Shown here: positions 1 to 12,284 of the stretch, one piece after another | Layout of the letters: every line of letters starts with the position of its first letter | Numbering within the stretch: position 1 is the stretch's first letter | Assembly (NCBI GenBank): GCA_964187785.1 | Contig: OZ076409.1 | Coordinates: 29,514,001 to 29,574,000, forward strand | Length of the DNA stretch: 60,000 nt | Direction: 5' to 3' | Source: Amphiscolops sp. MND2022 | Lineage: Eukaryota | Translations under genes and position numbers: made by a program | The notes under the pieces: generated by a model | Seen by the model: the letters and a program-made list of their open reading frames with translations, nothing else | Database searches by the model: none | Told to the model about the DNA's origin: nothing

Positions 1-33
1 GGTTCGGAGGCAGTCATTGGTTTTCGGGCTTGG

Positions 34-2394
34 TCACGATTGGGGCACTCGCGAGCAAAATGTCCGTTTTGCCCACAGTGAAAACAAGCACCTACCGGCG
101 CTCGGGCGGGAGCTAGGACAGCGAGAGCTGGGACATTTGGGGGGGGGCGCCGGAGGTGGCAAGACGCCCTGCGGCATGACCATCTTGTTCGGCGGCAGTG
201 GTGCGAAAGGATGAGGTCTAGACCTCATGGCTAATCTGGGATCATAGGGTTGTTGAGGTTGGGTGGGTCTGGGACGATTTCGTTGCAGCTGACGCGTGGT
301 AAATCGCAAGGACTCTACGGTAGGGGGTTCGGTAAGAAAAGTCTCCGAGGCGTATACTATGGCAAGTTCACGCCTCAACACTGGATCTCGCACACCTTCC
401 ATGAAGCGCTGCAAGATTTCATAGCGTTTGGTAATGATACTTTCTTGCGGGAATCCTTGGCTCCTGAGACCCTCTAAAGCGTCTAAGTACTGCATCCAGT
501 CCTCTTTTTCTTGTTGGACACGGCTTTGGAAGGTCTGCCGCACCTGCATACGATTTCCTCCCGCGCCAAATCGGCTAGATAGCAACTCGAACACCTTCTC
601 GGGGGTGTCACGTTCAGACTCAGCCTTGTTGATGATGTAGTTGCGAGCCTCACCCTCGAGATGACCAATAATGCTCCAGGCCCGATCTTCGGCCGAGACT
701 TTGGTTTGGACTCTTTTCAAGTATCGCTGCATCACTAAGATCCAGCCATCAATAGACCCGTCCTTAGAGCCTCGATACACGCTGGGTTTGGTTTGAGCCA
801 GGTCACGTCCCGCAAGCAACGGTGCTAGTTCTTTGGACATCGCTTTGGAAATGGCGGCAGTGAACCTCAGTTGCTCGGGAGAGATGACCTCAGCCTCTCC
901 TTCCTTGGGTGCCACTTCATCAGTACCGTCGTCACTGCCATGCGTGGCTCGTACTGAGAGGTTCGCTATGTCTTCTTTCTTGCGAGTGCTACTCGCACAA
1001 GGAGCGCCCGAGGGCATTCCGTCCTCGGCTGTCCAGTCGGCGGTCAGATACAGGGAGTCCGTTCCAGAAGCCATGGTAGGGGCCGTCGCATACGCAGCTC
1101 CATCAGTCTGGGACCCTAGTGTGGCCTTGGTACAGGATAAATCAACTTCGGTAGAAGTATCTAGATAGATAGGTGACATTGGGTCCACACCTTGGTCTCG
1201 GGTGGCACTTCGAACTACGGAGGAGGTTATTTGACTCATCGACGAGGAGTCGTGGGGCCCTCTCACCTGCACCCGTGCAGGTTTACGCTCCACATCAGCC
1301 ATGATGAGTACGGAATCCTTGGTTCGGGTTTCAGGCGTCGTCGACTTGGAGGTGCTAGGCTTCAATGCACTCGCCAGCTCGGGTTTCGTTGCCCGACCCA
1401 GGTGCGATGATTCCGGAATCTTAATTGAATCCGCGACTGGCACACCTTCAGTGGCACCAGATTGTCGTGGGAGGGACCTCTCGCGCCTCATGATGTTGAT
1501 AGCATTGAGCACAGTGTGCATTTGGTTACTCAAATCATTGATCTGGGTTTCCACACGAAGTTCACGGGCCATCAAAAGGTCATTCATCTCACCCATTCTG
1601 TGGCCTAGTGCATCTACGCGAGCACTCTGCGTATTCTGCGCGGTTCGCAGTTGATCACTGACCTGCAATCCTTCTCGCATCGTTGTCTGCAACGTTCTCA
1701 TATTTTCTGCGATGGCACGATGTTGGTCATTGCACCCAGCACGAGTTCTAGCCAGTTCAGCTAAGGCACGTTGGGTCTCAGCTTGGGCTTCCAATATTGC
1801 GGCTTTATACACCGAAGATCGTTGGGATGATGCCACTGAACCTGCCACGCTCCTCGTACGAGGCACCTCAAACTGACGTTCACCTACATTTATCATGGGT
1901 GGTCGCACTCTCTTGTGTTTGCCATAGGCACAAACTCTAGTGTTACCTCGAGCGACTCCAGACCCCTGCGGTCTCGCACAACTCGTGTTCCCTGTGTAGG
2001 TAAGATCCTCGTCCACCGTGATCTGTAGGCGGGAGCTCGTCTTCTCTCCTAGGGGTGCGTGAGAGCACCCTTCCTCAGCTGCAAGTTCGTTGGTCATGTT
2101 CGAGTTGGGCCACTCCTCTTCTGCTTCATTGGTTCTTTCACGACAGGTTTCATCGACCCATTGCTCGGTTCGACGAGAGCTTCCAGATGCAACGGAACCC
2201 TCAGAGGGAGGGACCATGGCGGCCAATTCCTCTTTGCGTTGTTGCTCGATAGTGACTTCGTCAGACATTTCGTCTGAAAAATGCGAACCGTCCATTGTGG
2301 ATCCTATGGTCACCCATGACTGCGAACTCATGTCAAGCTTTTCCAGGCCTGGTAGGACCATTACATACGATGCCAATGGCAGAGCAGGTGTCAA
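34..2394 (-). CDS. gag: LTR retrotransposon Gag polyprotein (Gypsy-type); CCHC zinc knuckle lies out of frame past a G9 run; element continues beyond window start
   Basis: 786-aa ORF with coiled-coil region and retrotransposon capsid-like segment (YRGSKDGSIDGWILVMQRY...HLEGEARNY...LSSRFG...FQSRVQQEKEDWMQYLDALEGL). The +1 frame after 139-147 reads GACFHCGQNGHFAREC (CX2CX4HX4C). Lies downstream of an LTR and PBS on the same strand. Confidence 0.88.
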   Translation of the reverse strand: MTPALPLASYVMVLPGLEKLDMSSQSWVTIGSTMDGSHFSDEMSDEVTIEQQRKEELAAMVPPSEGSVASGSSRRTEQWVDETCRERTNEAEEEWPNSNMTNELAAEEGCSHAPLGEKTSSRLQITVDEDLTYTGNTSCARPQGSGVARGNTRVCAYGKHKRVRPPMINVGERQFEVPRTRSVAGSVASSQRSSVYKAAILEAQAETQRALAELARTRAGCNDQHRAIAENMRTLQTTMREGLQVSDQLRTAQNTQSARVDALGHRMGEMNDLLMARELRVETQINDLSNQMHTVLNAINIMRRERSLPRQSGATEGVPVADSIKIPESSHLGRATKPELASALKPSTSKSTTPETRTKDSVLIMADVERKPARVQVRGPHDSSSMSQITSSVVRSATRDQGVDPMSPIYLDTSTEVDLSCTKATLGSQTDGAAYATAPTMASGTDSLYLTADWTAEDGMPSGAPCASSTRKKEDIANLSVRATHGSDDGTDEVAPKEGEAEVISPEQLRFTAAISKAMSKELAPLLAGRDLAQTKPSVYRGSKDGSIDGWILVMQRYLKRVQTKVSAEDRAWSIIGHLEGEARNYIINKAESERDTPEKVFELLSSRFGAGGNRMQVRQTFQSRVQQEKEDWMQYLDALEGLRSQGFPQESIITKRYEILQRFMEGVRDPVLRRELAIVYASETFLTEPPTVESLRFTTRQLQRNRPRPTQPQQPYDPRLAMRSRPHPFAPLPPNKMVMPQGVLPPPAPPPKCPSSRCPSSRPSAGRCLFSLWAKRTFCSRVPQS

Positions 2395-3582
2395 CGATTC
2401 GGGCGTAGCCTTTAAAGAAATCTCGAAGAACGCGGGATTTGTCGAGTCGCTGTTAGCTCTAGGCTCGTCTCGGTGTGGACTTGAAAAAATTTACTGTTTC
2501 ACAATGTCCCAAATTTCTCGAAATGCGTTTTAAGGCTCGTAGGCTGCTCAAATTCGCACAGCGCTTTCCCACAAGCACACTGGGTCAGAAAATCAACCTG
2601 GTTTGGGGCCAAAAGTCTCCGGTCACTCACAGGAAGAATTTCAAAGAATTTTTGGATTTTCCAAAAATCGCACAACAACACTCAAGAGGCTCGTGTGTGC
2701 GCTGGAAGCGCTGTATCAAGCCCAAAATTGACCAGCAGATCTTAGGTACGCGTAGGTTCACGAAAATGAACACAGTTTTGAGCTGCGCCCCTTCTACACA
2801 GTTTCACCTAGGTACAGACGTGCGGTACCACTATGTACCGAAATACACTGTTTTTCACGTCTTTTTCAAGATTGCGGTCCACTGGAACGAGCTAGCAAGC
2901 TCAAATTCTCTGCAGCGACGTAGGAACTAGCACAGGTTACGATGGTGGGCTACAATATGGCCCCACCCGTCGGCTAAGGTGCCCGGGTTACTCGGAAAAA
3001 TTAAGAAAAAACTGCCTTTTTGCACACCTTTTTGGGCGCCACGTTTTTCCTATTTTCTCGACAAGTATCGCACAGATCGGCACCAAACTTAGTAGTTTAT
3101 GCCAAAGGGCACCTACAATGCCGCTGATATGGTCGAATTGAAGCGCAAGCGCTTATTTGAAGTTCCGACCCACTATGTACGTTGTACACGAAAAAACACT
3201 GTTTTTGACGACTTTTTTCACAAATCGACGAAGAGGATCACCTCAGAAAGTGATACGGCGGACAAAATGGGACTAACGTGTTGCCCCACTATCTGTAGCA
3301 CTGGGATAAACCCTCAATTGGTTATGCCCGTTAGATATAAGGCACTGACAGTCCTGCAGTTTTGGATTTTTTCGGTCCTTTGACGCTTCTTTGCAGTCAA
3401 AACGTCAGAGAGTTTTTCTCGACCTTGGTGAGCGATACGCCAACCAAATTTTCGGAACTAACGTTAATTTTTGTGGTGGTTACGAAAATGCAACCACTTT
3501 TTGGCTAGGGTTCAGGAATCGATGTCCCGACCCTGACTCAGAGACAGTCCGATTTTGTGGAAAATTGATCAAATTCAGTGCG

Positions 3583-3855
3583 TTTTTCCACTTTTCTCAG
3601 CACCGAAAAGAAATTTTTGCACGCGGTTTTCACCACAATGCGTTATTTTTACTATAAAAACAGAAAATTAGAGCAGGAAAGCTCCTGGCTAACAAAAAGA
3701 CAGAGTGCCCAGGGGGTTTTTATTGTGTGCTAGGACACTCCTGAAACTAACTAAAATTCAAGGTTTTTCAACTTTTCTCGACACTGAAAAAGACTTTTTG
3801 CACGCGGTTTTCACCACAATGCGCTATTTTTATTGCGAAAACAGAAAATAAGAGC
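3583..3855. repeat. ~90-bp imperfect direct repeat in the retrotransposon 5' leader
   Basis: TTTTTGCACGCGGTTTTCACCACAATGCG...AAAACAGAAAAT..AGAGC at ~3583-3674 and ~3764-3855. Confidence 0.8.
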
Positions 3856-5040
3856 GTTCAGACTCGCTCTGTTCCACTAAGCTTCGCTCTCAAGACTTTC
3901 AGACAATGCACTTTCTATGCCTAAAAACACCTCAAATTACCGGTTTTTTGCACCGTGTCAGCCCCAGGCTGCCTGAATCCGCTGTAAAAGTTACAGTTAG
4001 TGTCCTGTGGGTTTGCTACGCTTGAAAAAAACACCGTACACTGCTTTTTCACACTTCTACACAAGTGTACGCCTGTGTTTCTGGGTGCCTTTTTGGTCAA
4101 AATTCCATTTTTTTGCAATTTTCTGGTGCTAAATCGGCACTTTTATCACAACCAAAGGCAAAATTACGGCCTTCTGTGCCTCGTACTAGCTTTCTCGAGC
4201 CTTGCAGCTGCTTTTTGCAACACTTTTCACGAAGTTTTCCTGGTTCCGCTGAGCACAAGTGCTCAAAACCACGAAAAACACCAAAAAAAAACGCAAAATC
4301 AGGGTTTTTTCACGCAAGTGCTATCTTTTTTGCAGAAAAGCACTTCGTAGGGTGTCGTTACATCTACAATAAAACATTACTGACCTGCACCAACGATTCC
4401 CCGTCGAAAAAGGTGCATTTTCAAAATTTTCACCGACCATGAGCCATTTGAGCGACGCGTCCGGTCACAGGGGGTGCACCTTCACCACGCTTTTTCTCCA
4501 CATCCAGACCAGATAGAGACACGCGGTTTGGACCATTAGCATCGTCTGCAATTGCACTTGCTGTCCACCAAAACCATACCTCTAGGACGTCTCCACGAGA
4601 AATGGGAGTAGAAAGTAGGCAACACACAATTTGACTTCCCCTTCGCCTCGCTGGTTCATGGTCAGCCATCCACCAGTTACCTTCTTGCATGGCATAAAAT
4701 GGCTGAAAATAGCTTGCAAAACCTGTTAAACACCCGTAGCCACGTGCTACGGTCTTCGGCACCTGCAAAAAGATACCCGCTGATGGGCACACAACACATC
4801 ACACAAAAATACCGATTTCCTTCCAAAACACCTAAAAATACCATTTTCGCACCTGAAAACGTGATTTTTTCGGGTTTTCTCTGGTTCAACGCCTCTCCCA
4901 GTTCCAGTAGAATGTCACACGACTAAGAAAGGGTAAAACTCTGCTTCTCTCTCCTCTTCCAGAGTCGAAACGGGCTTGGCGCTGATCACCAGGGGGCCAG
5001 ATCTTTTAAAAACCGCTCGGGAAAGCCTCCCAAGACGATC

Positions 5041-5055
5041 CCTCTGTGGTCGCCA
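5041..5055 (-). promoter_or_regulatory. Putative primer binding site of the Gypsy element (TGGCGACCAC..., tRNA-Arg-type)
   Basis: Minus strand reads TGGCGACCACAGAGG, 15 nt inside the LTR end; TGG complements tRNA CCA. Confidence 0.6.
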
Positions 5056-5070
5056 AAAAATGAGGTTCTA

Positions 5071-5785
5071 TGTAACGATAAGCGCTGGCGCTTGAACCGC
5101 AACGTAGAGTGGAGGAACTAGAACAGCGAATATAATCCGGGACTTAGATCTCCGCGGCCCTAGCTCATTTTCCCTCCGAAGGAGCCAGTCCCAAGGTGGG
5201 GGAACCGTCTTGTTGGAAACTCTCTGGCCTGGTCCTAGTCTGTAACTGCTAAAAGTAACGGGCATCTTGCATGTCTCAAGACCACTGCTCAATTAGCCTT
5301 TAAAAAGGGGGCTGAAAACAGGAGAATGTTGAGCCATAGTATTGGAGAATCTGATAAAATCGACATCAAAAAGGGTAACTACAGATGTTAAATGGGCAGC
5401 TCTCGAGCATATCAATCTACTACAACAAGGAAAGCACAATAAGCATAACAATATCAGAAGTTCGAGTTATCTAACAGGAACGAATCGACCATGGCTTCCC
5501 AGCGCTAGCGCTCGTCACCGCACAGGACACCGCAGGATCTTCAGGCGAGCATCTGGAACACCGGTTTCTGTTACCTATGTAGTGTAAATGCCAAAGATGG
5601 GCACATCACCGTGTTCTAGGGACTGATTTCTACGTCTTTTCTTCTCGTCGTCTCTCGCGGGGGGCGATTTCTGATTTCTGATATGCTTTTTTGACAGGTC
5701 TTTCGTCTGGAGCATGTTTGAGTGCCACGTCAGATTTGAACGAATTTTTGCTTCGAAAATTTTGACATGGGCAGTTGCCGTTACA
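5071..5785 (-). mobile_element. 5' LTR (~715 bp) of the Gypsy-type element
   Basis: Bounded by TGTAACG (5071) and CGTTACA (5785) inverted termini (TG...CA); followed on the minus strand by a PBS, a long leader and gag. Confidence 0.75.
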
Positions 5786-6084
5786 TTTTATAGTAGCTAA
5801 CATTGGACCATTTAAACCACTGCGTTCGAAGAAATTTATTACATATAGCCTAATTTTTTTTGACCTTTATCAAAGCAGCTTTAAAAAAAATTTCACCGGT
5901 CGACTGCATAGTGGCTGGTTTGAGTAGTTTGTTGTTTGTTTTTTTTTGTTACTGGTCTACTGGTATAGTGGCTGGTATGGGGTTCCCTTTTTTCGTTGCA
6001 GACCACGGGTGTGTGTCTTCTCCCCCCAACATGATGATACACATGGCACTTGATTGATGACGAAGATCTATGATATCTGATAGA

Positions 6085-6180
6085 GAGAAAAAAAATTTAA
6101 ACCACTGTTTATTAGTTTGCTTAGCAATAAAGTTTGATCTACGGAATCAAAAGCTTTCTCAAGATCATATACTGTTGCTA
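6085..6180 (-). pseudogene. LINE reverse transcriptase fragment
   Basis: Translates to DLEKAFDSVDQTLLLSKL, the non-LTR RT DxxKAFDxV motif. Confidence 0.65.
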
Positions 6181-6359
6181 TTGGTAAATTTTTGCTATCA
6201 AAAAAACTGCAATTACGTCCGAGAGAAGGAATAACGTATAAAATCCAAAAAAAAAATTTCCGAAAGTCATGAAAATACGACTTTGAAACGGAAAAAACAC
6301 ATGAAATTGGGAAAAACAAAGTATTTCAGGTCTAAAATTAAAAAGTGATATAAATAATA

Positions 6360-7084
6360 AAACGTGCCTCGGATATGTCTTCATTCCTTCCAGTGCCCTG
6401 CAGGCCTTTGGGGCCGCTTATGTTCCCATCTTGCTAAGCGAGGTCGAACAGGAGCAAAGACCTAGCGGAAACGGAGATCGCGAAGCGATCGTAGTGGGAG
6501 CTGCTCTTTGCGACGGTTAGGGCGAGTGTACATACACCGCATATGCCCCACATGTTGATATTTTCGCTTTCAGAAAGCCTTTTTCGAAACTTTGGACGCT
6601 AGTCTCAAAATGATTTCTTTGAGACGTTATTCCCGTTTTGTATTTAGATGTTTTCCTCAGACGTTCTTCCCGCTGCCACGTATTTTGATGATTTTTTGAC
6701 ATTTTAGACGTATGTGCCAATTTTAGACGTTATTCACGTTTTTCAGACGTATTTTGATGGTTTTTTTGACATTTTAAACGTATGTCAGTATTAGACGTTA
6801 TTCCTCTTTTTAGACGTTATTCCCGTTTTTTTAGACCATATTCCCGTCCATTTCTGATTTAGATGTTATTCCTTTAGACGTTATTCCCGGTGGACTTTTA
6901 GACGTTATTCCGTAGACGTTATTCCTGTTCCCCCAGAGACCAGCTCCCACTATGATCGCTTCGCGATCTCCGTTCCCGCTAGGTCTTTGCTCCTGTTCGA
7001 CCTCGCTTGGCAAGATGGGAAAATAAGCGGCCCCAAGGGGCCGCGGGGCACTAGAAGAAATGGGGACATATCCGAGGCACGTTT
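6360..7084. mobile_element. MITE-like element with long (~150 bp) TIRs and an internal AGACGTTATTCCCG minisatellite
   Basis: TA|AAACGTGCCTCGGATATGTC ... GACATATCCGAGGCACGTTT|TA; TIR arms at ~6360-6510 and ~6937-7084; degenerate ~20-bp repeats at 6620-6930. Confidence 0.7.
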
Positions 7085-7231
7085 TATGCTTTGCATCATT
7101 CCTACATTAATGGTCTTACCGTTTTTCTTCAATTCCAGAATTCTACAAACTGGTATTGTACAATACAAGCTGGTATTGTAACAAAAGTGGACCTAACCAG
7201 TTTGTAGAAAACCAAAAACAAAAAGATAATA

Positions 7232-7725
7232 CGGGACGTTTCGGCATGAAAAATTTGCCGAAACGTCTCGAACTTTTTTTTGCCGAAACGTCCTGTTCCC
7301 GTCACTTGGCCTAATGCCATTTGGCTTAATACAGTGGGAACAGGACGTTTCGGCAAAGACGTTTCGGCAAAAAAAAACTCGAGACGTTTCGGCAATTTTT
7401 TTGCCGAAACGTCCGCCGCCATGTTTTTGCCGAAACGTCTTTTGCCGAAACGTCCTGTTCCCCTCTCGGATATGTCCCCATTTCCTCTAGTGCCCCGCGG
7501 CCCCTTGGGGCCGCTTATATGCCCATCTTGCTAAGCGGAGCAAAGACCTAGCGGGAACGGAGATCGCGAAGCGATCGTAGTGGCAGCTGGTCTTTGCGAC
7601 GGTGAGGGCGAGCGTGCATACATCGCATATATCATGCGAGACGTTTCGGCAAATTTTTTAGCCTGAGACGTTTCGGCATATTTTTTTTGCCGAAACGTCC
7701 GCCGCCATGTTTTTGCCGAAACGTC
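7232..7725. repeat. Foldback cluster of ACGTTTCGGC/GCCGAAACGT motifs, including a small TIR element at 7336-7462
   Basis: More than 10 copies in both orientations; GGGAACAGGACGTTTCGGCAAA ... TTTGCCGAAACGTCCTGTTCCC is a perfect inverted repeat. Confidence 0.75.
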
Positions 7726-8449
7726 CGGAATTCAATACAGTTGGTCACTTGGCTTCATTTTTTTAAGCCAAGTGTCTCGGGTTTTGGCTTAAAATCACTT
7801 AGTTGGAAATACGTGGCAGATTTTGTCGAATTTATTAATATAACGTAGTCAGTGTATTATTATAACAGCTTTAATAAGGGGTCGTGCGCATCGGGGCCAC
7901 GTTTTAGGATGGATGATTTTTAAATGTGTAGCCCGAAATTAAATAGTGGGCAGTCTAGAAAGGAAGGGTGGCACCGATACGCTCCAAGCCCGAAGCCTCC
8001 CCAGGTCGACGACCCCCAATGATTTACAATTATTAGTAAAAAATCATCAATTAAATTATTATTAGTATTATTATAACATGTCATATCAAGCACCCCTCGG
8101 ATATGTCCCCATTTCCTCTAGTGCCCCGCGGCCCCTTGAGGCCGCTTATGTTCCCATCTTGCTAAGCGAGGTCGAACAGGAGCGACGAATCTTTGCGACG
8201 ATGAGGGCGACCGTGCATACACCGCATATGCCCCACATTGATATTTCCGTGAGTTGACATATTTATTCCGTGAGTTGGAATGGAGTTGGCTTAATTTTGT
8301 GGTCACTTGGCTTAAAATTTTTAAGCCAAATGACTCGACGAAAAAATTAGGCCAAATGACTTTAAGCCAAGTGACTTGTGACCCTACAGATGATAGAAGC
8401 AAACCAATCGACCAATGGCGGCACATGTGGAGTGATTCCAGCTTCAACC

Positions 8450-8625
8450 TCAAGCACGAGGAAAACGAGTTGCTGTACTTTTGAGATGACGACACACGAA
8501 AGAAGGTGAAACGTTATCAACCTACCGACCTGTGGTTCCGATACACGCGGTCATAATTTCCAAATTTGGTATCACTCGCTTCAGAAGATATCATATCCTT
8601 CTTCTTCAGCTAGAGCAGCATTCCG
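8450..8625 (+). pseudogene. Possible hAT transposase C-terminal dimerization domain remnant
   Basis: Broken frames give ENELLYF ... LWFRYTRS*FPNLVSLA ... PSSSA, resembling the hAT WW...FP.L..LA...P.SSA motif. Confidence 0.35.
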
Positions 8626-8931
8626 ATCGTGACATGGAATGTTACAGAAGATGTTTCGTCTGAGTACATAACTCATTGGAAAAATCTGGACGTAATCACT
8701 TCGATTGAATCGAAAGTCTTGATAACTTTTAAAAATATTTTGTATAATTGTCACGGTATTTTCAACACATTAACTGTTGTATGTCAGATCCATTTAGCTT
8801 TTTGCTAGACATTTAGTTTATAGACCGGAGAATAAATTATGATAAAAATTGAACGTGATCAAAAATATATTTATACTCAAATTTAGGAGTTCAGCTTTCC
8901 ATGATTCAATATAAAATATGGTTTGATTTGT

Positions 8932-9452
8932 TTATTCTGCTACAAAGTAAGCGGCTTTTTTTGTTGATGCAGCTGTTGTTGGGTGTGTTTTCGTTTTGTC
9001 TTCTATAACTAGGGGTAGGTTATCTGACGTCACTTTCTGCGATGAAAAGACAGTAATGTTCATGTTGTCAATTGCAGTTGTATGGAAATATTTGTTGTCT
9101 TTAATATTACCATCCAAACGCGAATTTTCTATCGACAAATCTTGATCTTTTCTAGCTTTCTGTAATGCTCGGTAGTTGGATGTTCGAGTGACGTAGGCTT
9201 GAAAGTCAAGTTTCAACTTCTCTTGTTGTTTTCGCATCGCTTTGATATCCGAGTACATCATTGTCTCGTCTCCGAGTTGCTGCTGTTCGAAAGCTTCGTA
9301 AATTGATCTCTGATTGTTCATCGTGTTTTCCGCCTTGTCTTTCGAGATTCTGGATATGGCCTCCAGGGCTTGTCGATCTTGGCCAATCGGTTTAATCTTC
9401 TGGTCTTGCAGCTCAGTCGAAATCTCCTTCCAAACTTCTGATACTTGAAAGT
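8932..9452 (-). CDS. CFAP69: CFAP69 exon 8 (terminal)
   Basis: Acceptor ttttttag|AC; DFQVSEVWKEISTELQDQKIKP... to stop at 8932. Confidence 0.85.
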
Positions 9453-10067
9453 CTAAAAAACGTCGACCTTCGTGACTAGCAAACCTTCGTTTCATACGTA
9501 AAATGGGCATAATCTTTTAAAGTTTTTTTTAGTTTTCTTTCTTAGCCCTACGTCGCTTTTTTGACTAGGAATCCTGAGTATACTGATGTGCTCGCTCCCC
9601 TCCAAAATGAAATGGGTCATCGGGAGTAGAATAATTAAAAAAGGAAAGTCGTTGTCAGGATAAAAGTGTTCTGTAATTGCAATTCTGATCCAAATTTTTG
9701 AATTCTCAACTTGCCAGTTTTTCCTGATTGAAGTTGTTGACTTCATATTAAGTGTAAAAATCCAAAATTAACGCTGCCTTCAATTTAAAGCCGGAATTGT
9801 TTGTTTTGTAGAAACCAGGGTTTTGACATTGCTAATTTTCGCTAACCGCTAATTTCTAAATCGTTGTTTCACAGAAACTTTTTTCGAACTATTAAATATT
9901 TAACTTCAAGTATGTTCTAAAATAACTTTATTCAGTTTTTCATAGAAAAAGGCTATAATTTTTCATACGGTGCGGGTTTTACAAGGTTGAAAGTTGGAAT
10001 TTTTCGGAATTCATTTTGAAACTCCGGGTATGCTCCGAGAAAATTTCGAGTTTGAACGGTCTATTAA

Positions 10068-11044
10068 CCTCGTTGGTGATTTGGTCCTCAAATGAGGACA
10101 GCGATTTTTTTTACAATCAATAAAAAGGATGCGGGGCAAAACAGCCGATTTTAAAACGAGACAAAACAGCCGATTTTCAAAAGGAGACAAAACAGCCGAT
10201 TTTCAAAACGGGACAAAATGAGTGCTGTTACAGCCAATATGCATGGAACTTGATTTATTTGAAGAGGTTCCTATTTGTTGTATTGCTCGGTCGCTTCGCT
10301 CCCTTCGCCAAGTAGCAACATTGAGGCATGGCCATATGGCACGTCGCTCCGCTTCGCTCCTGCATTTAGGGCACTAGGGGTATGTGAACATAGCTGACTA
10401 CGTTATAATAATTTTATTGACTGCTAATCTTACGCATTGACAAAATCGGCGATTTTTATTTTTTACCAATCGGCGATTTTGTACTGTTTCAAAATCGGCT
10501 CTTCTATTCTGAAAATCTGCTGTTATGTCCCGTTTAAAATCGGCTGTTTTGTCCCGCTCTCCAAAAAAAATAACGAAACGCAAAAAACATATAGGAAAAC
10601 GAAAGTTTCTTTCTTATCAGTAATATACTGGACTATTTGGGGCGAGTTATTTTTGTCGATATAGTTTGTTTTTCGAACCTCCGGCAAAAAAGTAAGTGGA
10701 AAAAAGTGAAAATTTGCAAAAAAAATACTTTTCAGAAAATTAGCCTTTTCTCAATAACACAGCAACTGTTTACCAAATTACTGACACACTCTAGTAATAC
10801 AGTTTGCCACTAATGAAAACGCTTATAGAAGTTCGATGAAGCTTCAGCTAAGAGTTCGACCGGCATTTGAAAGTGGCGCCAGCTCCCATCTTAACTAGTA
10901 TGCATTTGAAAGCTTAGGGGAAGGGCTTTCAGGAGCAGAAAACCGATTTGAGCTGTGGCTATTATTCGTAGAGAAGTTACGCATTAAAAAATGTTGCCAG
11001 CCAATTTTTTGCCAAATTTTCGACTTCTCGGTGTGCTGACGAGG
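10068..11044. mobile_element. piggyBac-like non-autonomous element with TTAA duplication in CFAP69 intron 7, with a nested inverted-repeat element at ~10132-10556
   Basis: TTAA|CCTCGTTGG ... CTGACGAGG|TTAA; inner GACAAAACAGCCGATTTT repeats are mirrored by AAAATCGGCTGTTTTGTCCC. Confidence 0.55.
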
Positions 11045-11177
11045 TTAACTACCGCTATTTTAGATTGCTAATAAAATCGCGTAAAAATTCTGTGCGGCCG
11101 CTAATTGGCTAAATCGTGTCAAAACTCTGGTAGAAGCCGAAAAGTAATTCAGGTCCCATTTCATTATAAATGCTTAC

Positions 11178-11486
11178 CGAAATATTTCTCGATAGACGTG
11201 AGCCATACGTAGTCAATCGCAGTGAGTCCGACTAGCTCTGTGAAGCCAATTTTGCTGAATACTCCGAACAGTTTAGCTCTCAAATCTGACGTGACCTGAG
11301 AAATCTGAGGACTCACTGCCGTTGCGGCTCTCGGTGCTTTCTTTTCGCTTGAAGTAAGAAGGTTCAAGGGGTTGTCGACGTCAGAGATTATCATACCCTC
11401 TGTTTCTCTTTCGTCGTCGCTGCTTTTTCCAACTTCTATTTTCCAAATTTTTACTAGCAACTTGCCGATCTTGATATCATTTTTCC
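11178..11486 (-). CDS. CFAP69: CFAP69 exon 7
   Basis: ttcag|GG ... TTCG|gtaag; GKNDIKIGKLLVKIW...DLRAKLFGVFSKIGF...IEKYF. Confidence 0.85.
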
Positions 11487-11551
11487 CTGAAAAAAGTTTC
11501 TCCTTGTTTACATTTTAATAAAAAGCATTAATGTAGAAATTTTCATCTTAC

Positions 11552-11896
11552 CTGTCCAAGTTAGAACATGGGACAAAGTCTTGGGATTTTCCAGAAGATC
11601 CAGTAAACAACCCAATGCAACAGTTTTGATTCTATCATGCGATGATTTGTTGACGGGTTTGTCAGAGTCACTCGCTCCCAAATTATTGATTTCTCCGGCA
11701 TTTTTGTCCAGCAAATCTAGAAGTAAAAATACGCCTTCTTGTTCGAGGAAGTAGCACTCGTTAGTGAAGGAACCGCATACACTGTTCCAGATGGCTTCTA
11801 TGGCTGCCAAAATTAGTCTGGTATAACCCAAACCCAGACAGATCTTTCTTGAATCTATCTTCAGGGTGTTAGATAGCACTTGAACTCCTTCTTGGC
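11552..11896 (-). CDS. CFAP69: CFAP69 exon 6
   Basis: ttgcag|GC ... ACAG|gtaag; GQEGVQVL...GLGYTRL...YFLEQEGVFLLLDLL...LGCLLDLLENPKT. Confidence 0.88.
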
Positions 11897-12284
11897 CTGC
11901 AATCAAAATTAAATAAACATCAGTGCAGTGTTTCTCATGGTTGATAAACATTTGTAATAAGTATTTCAATCGGTATGAGACATATTATGGATTGCGAGTC
12001 GTTTCAAGCTGGAATTCCATTTTTTACACCGAGTAAAACTCAAATTTACTTTGCTGTAAAGCAAAGGTCTTTTAGCTTTTGTTTTAACAACTCAAAAATT
12101 CACCTAAAAATTTTAATGAAACCAGTCTCGAATCCATTCAACTATTTTCGAGATGACATCTTGCTAATGTCTCTTTGTGAAAAATCGGCCAGACTTCGTT
12201 TTTTTTTCAGCGAGACAGCGCTTTTATTGATGAAACAACAAACAAGTTTCAATTATTCGTACGCCGAGAACTTCGCCTGTGTAA

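Noticed and set aside
250..2930. Plus-strand ORFs overlapping gag and its leader
   Set aside because: Antisense shadows of the GC-rich gag region, with no motifs.
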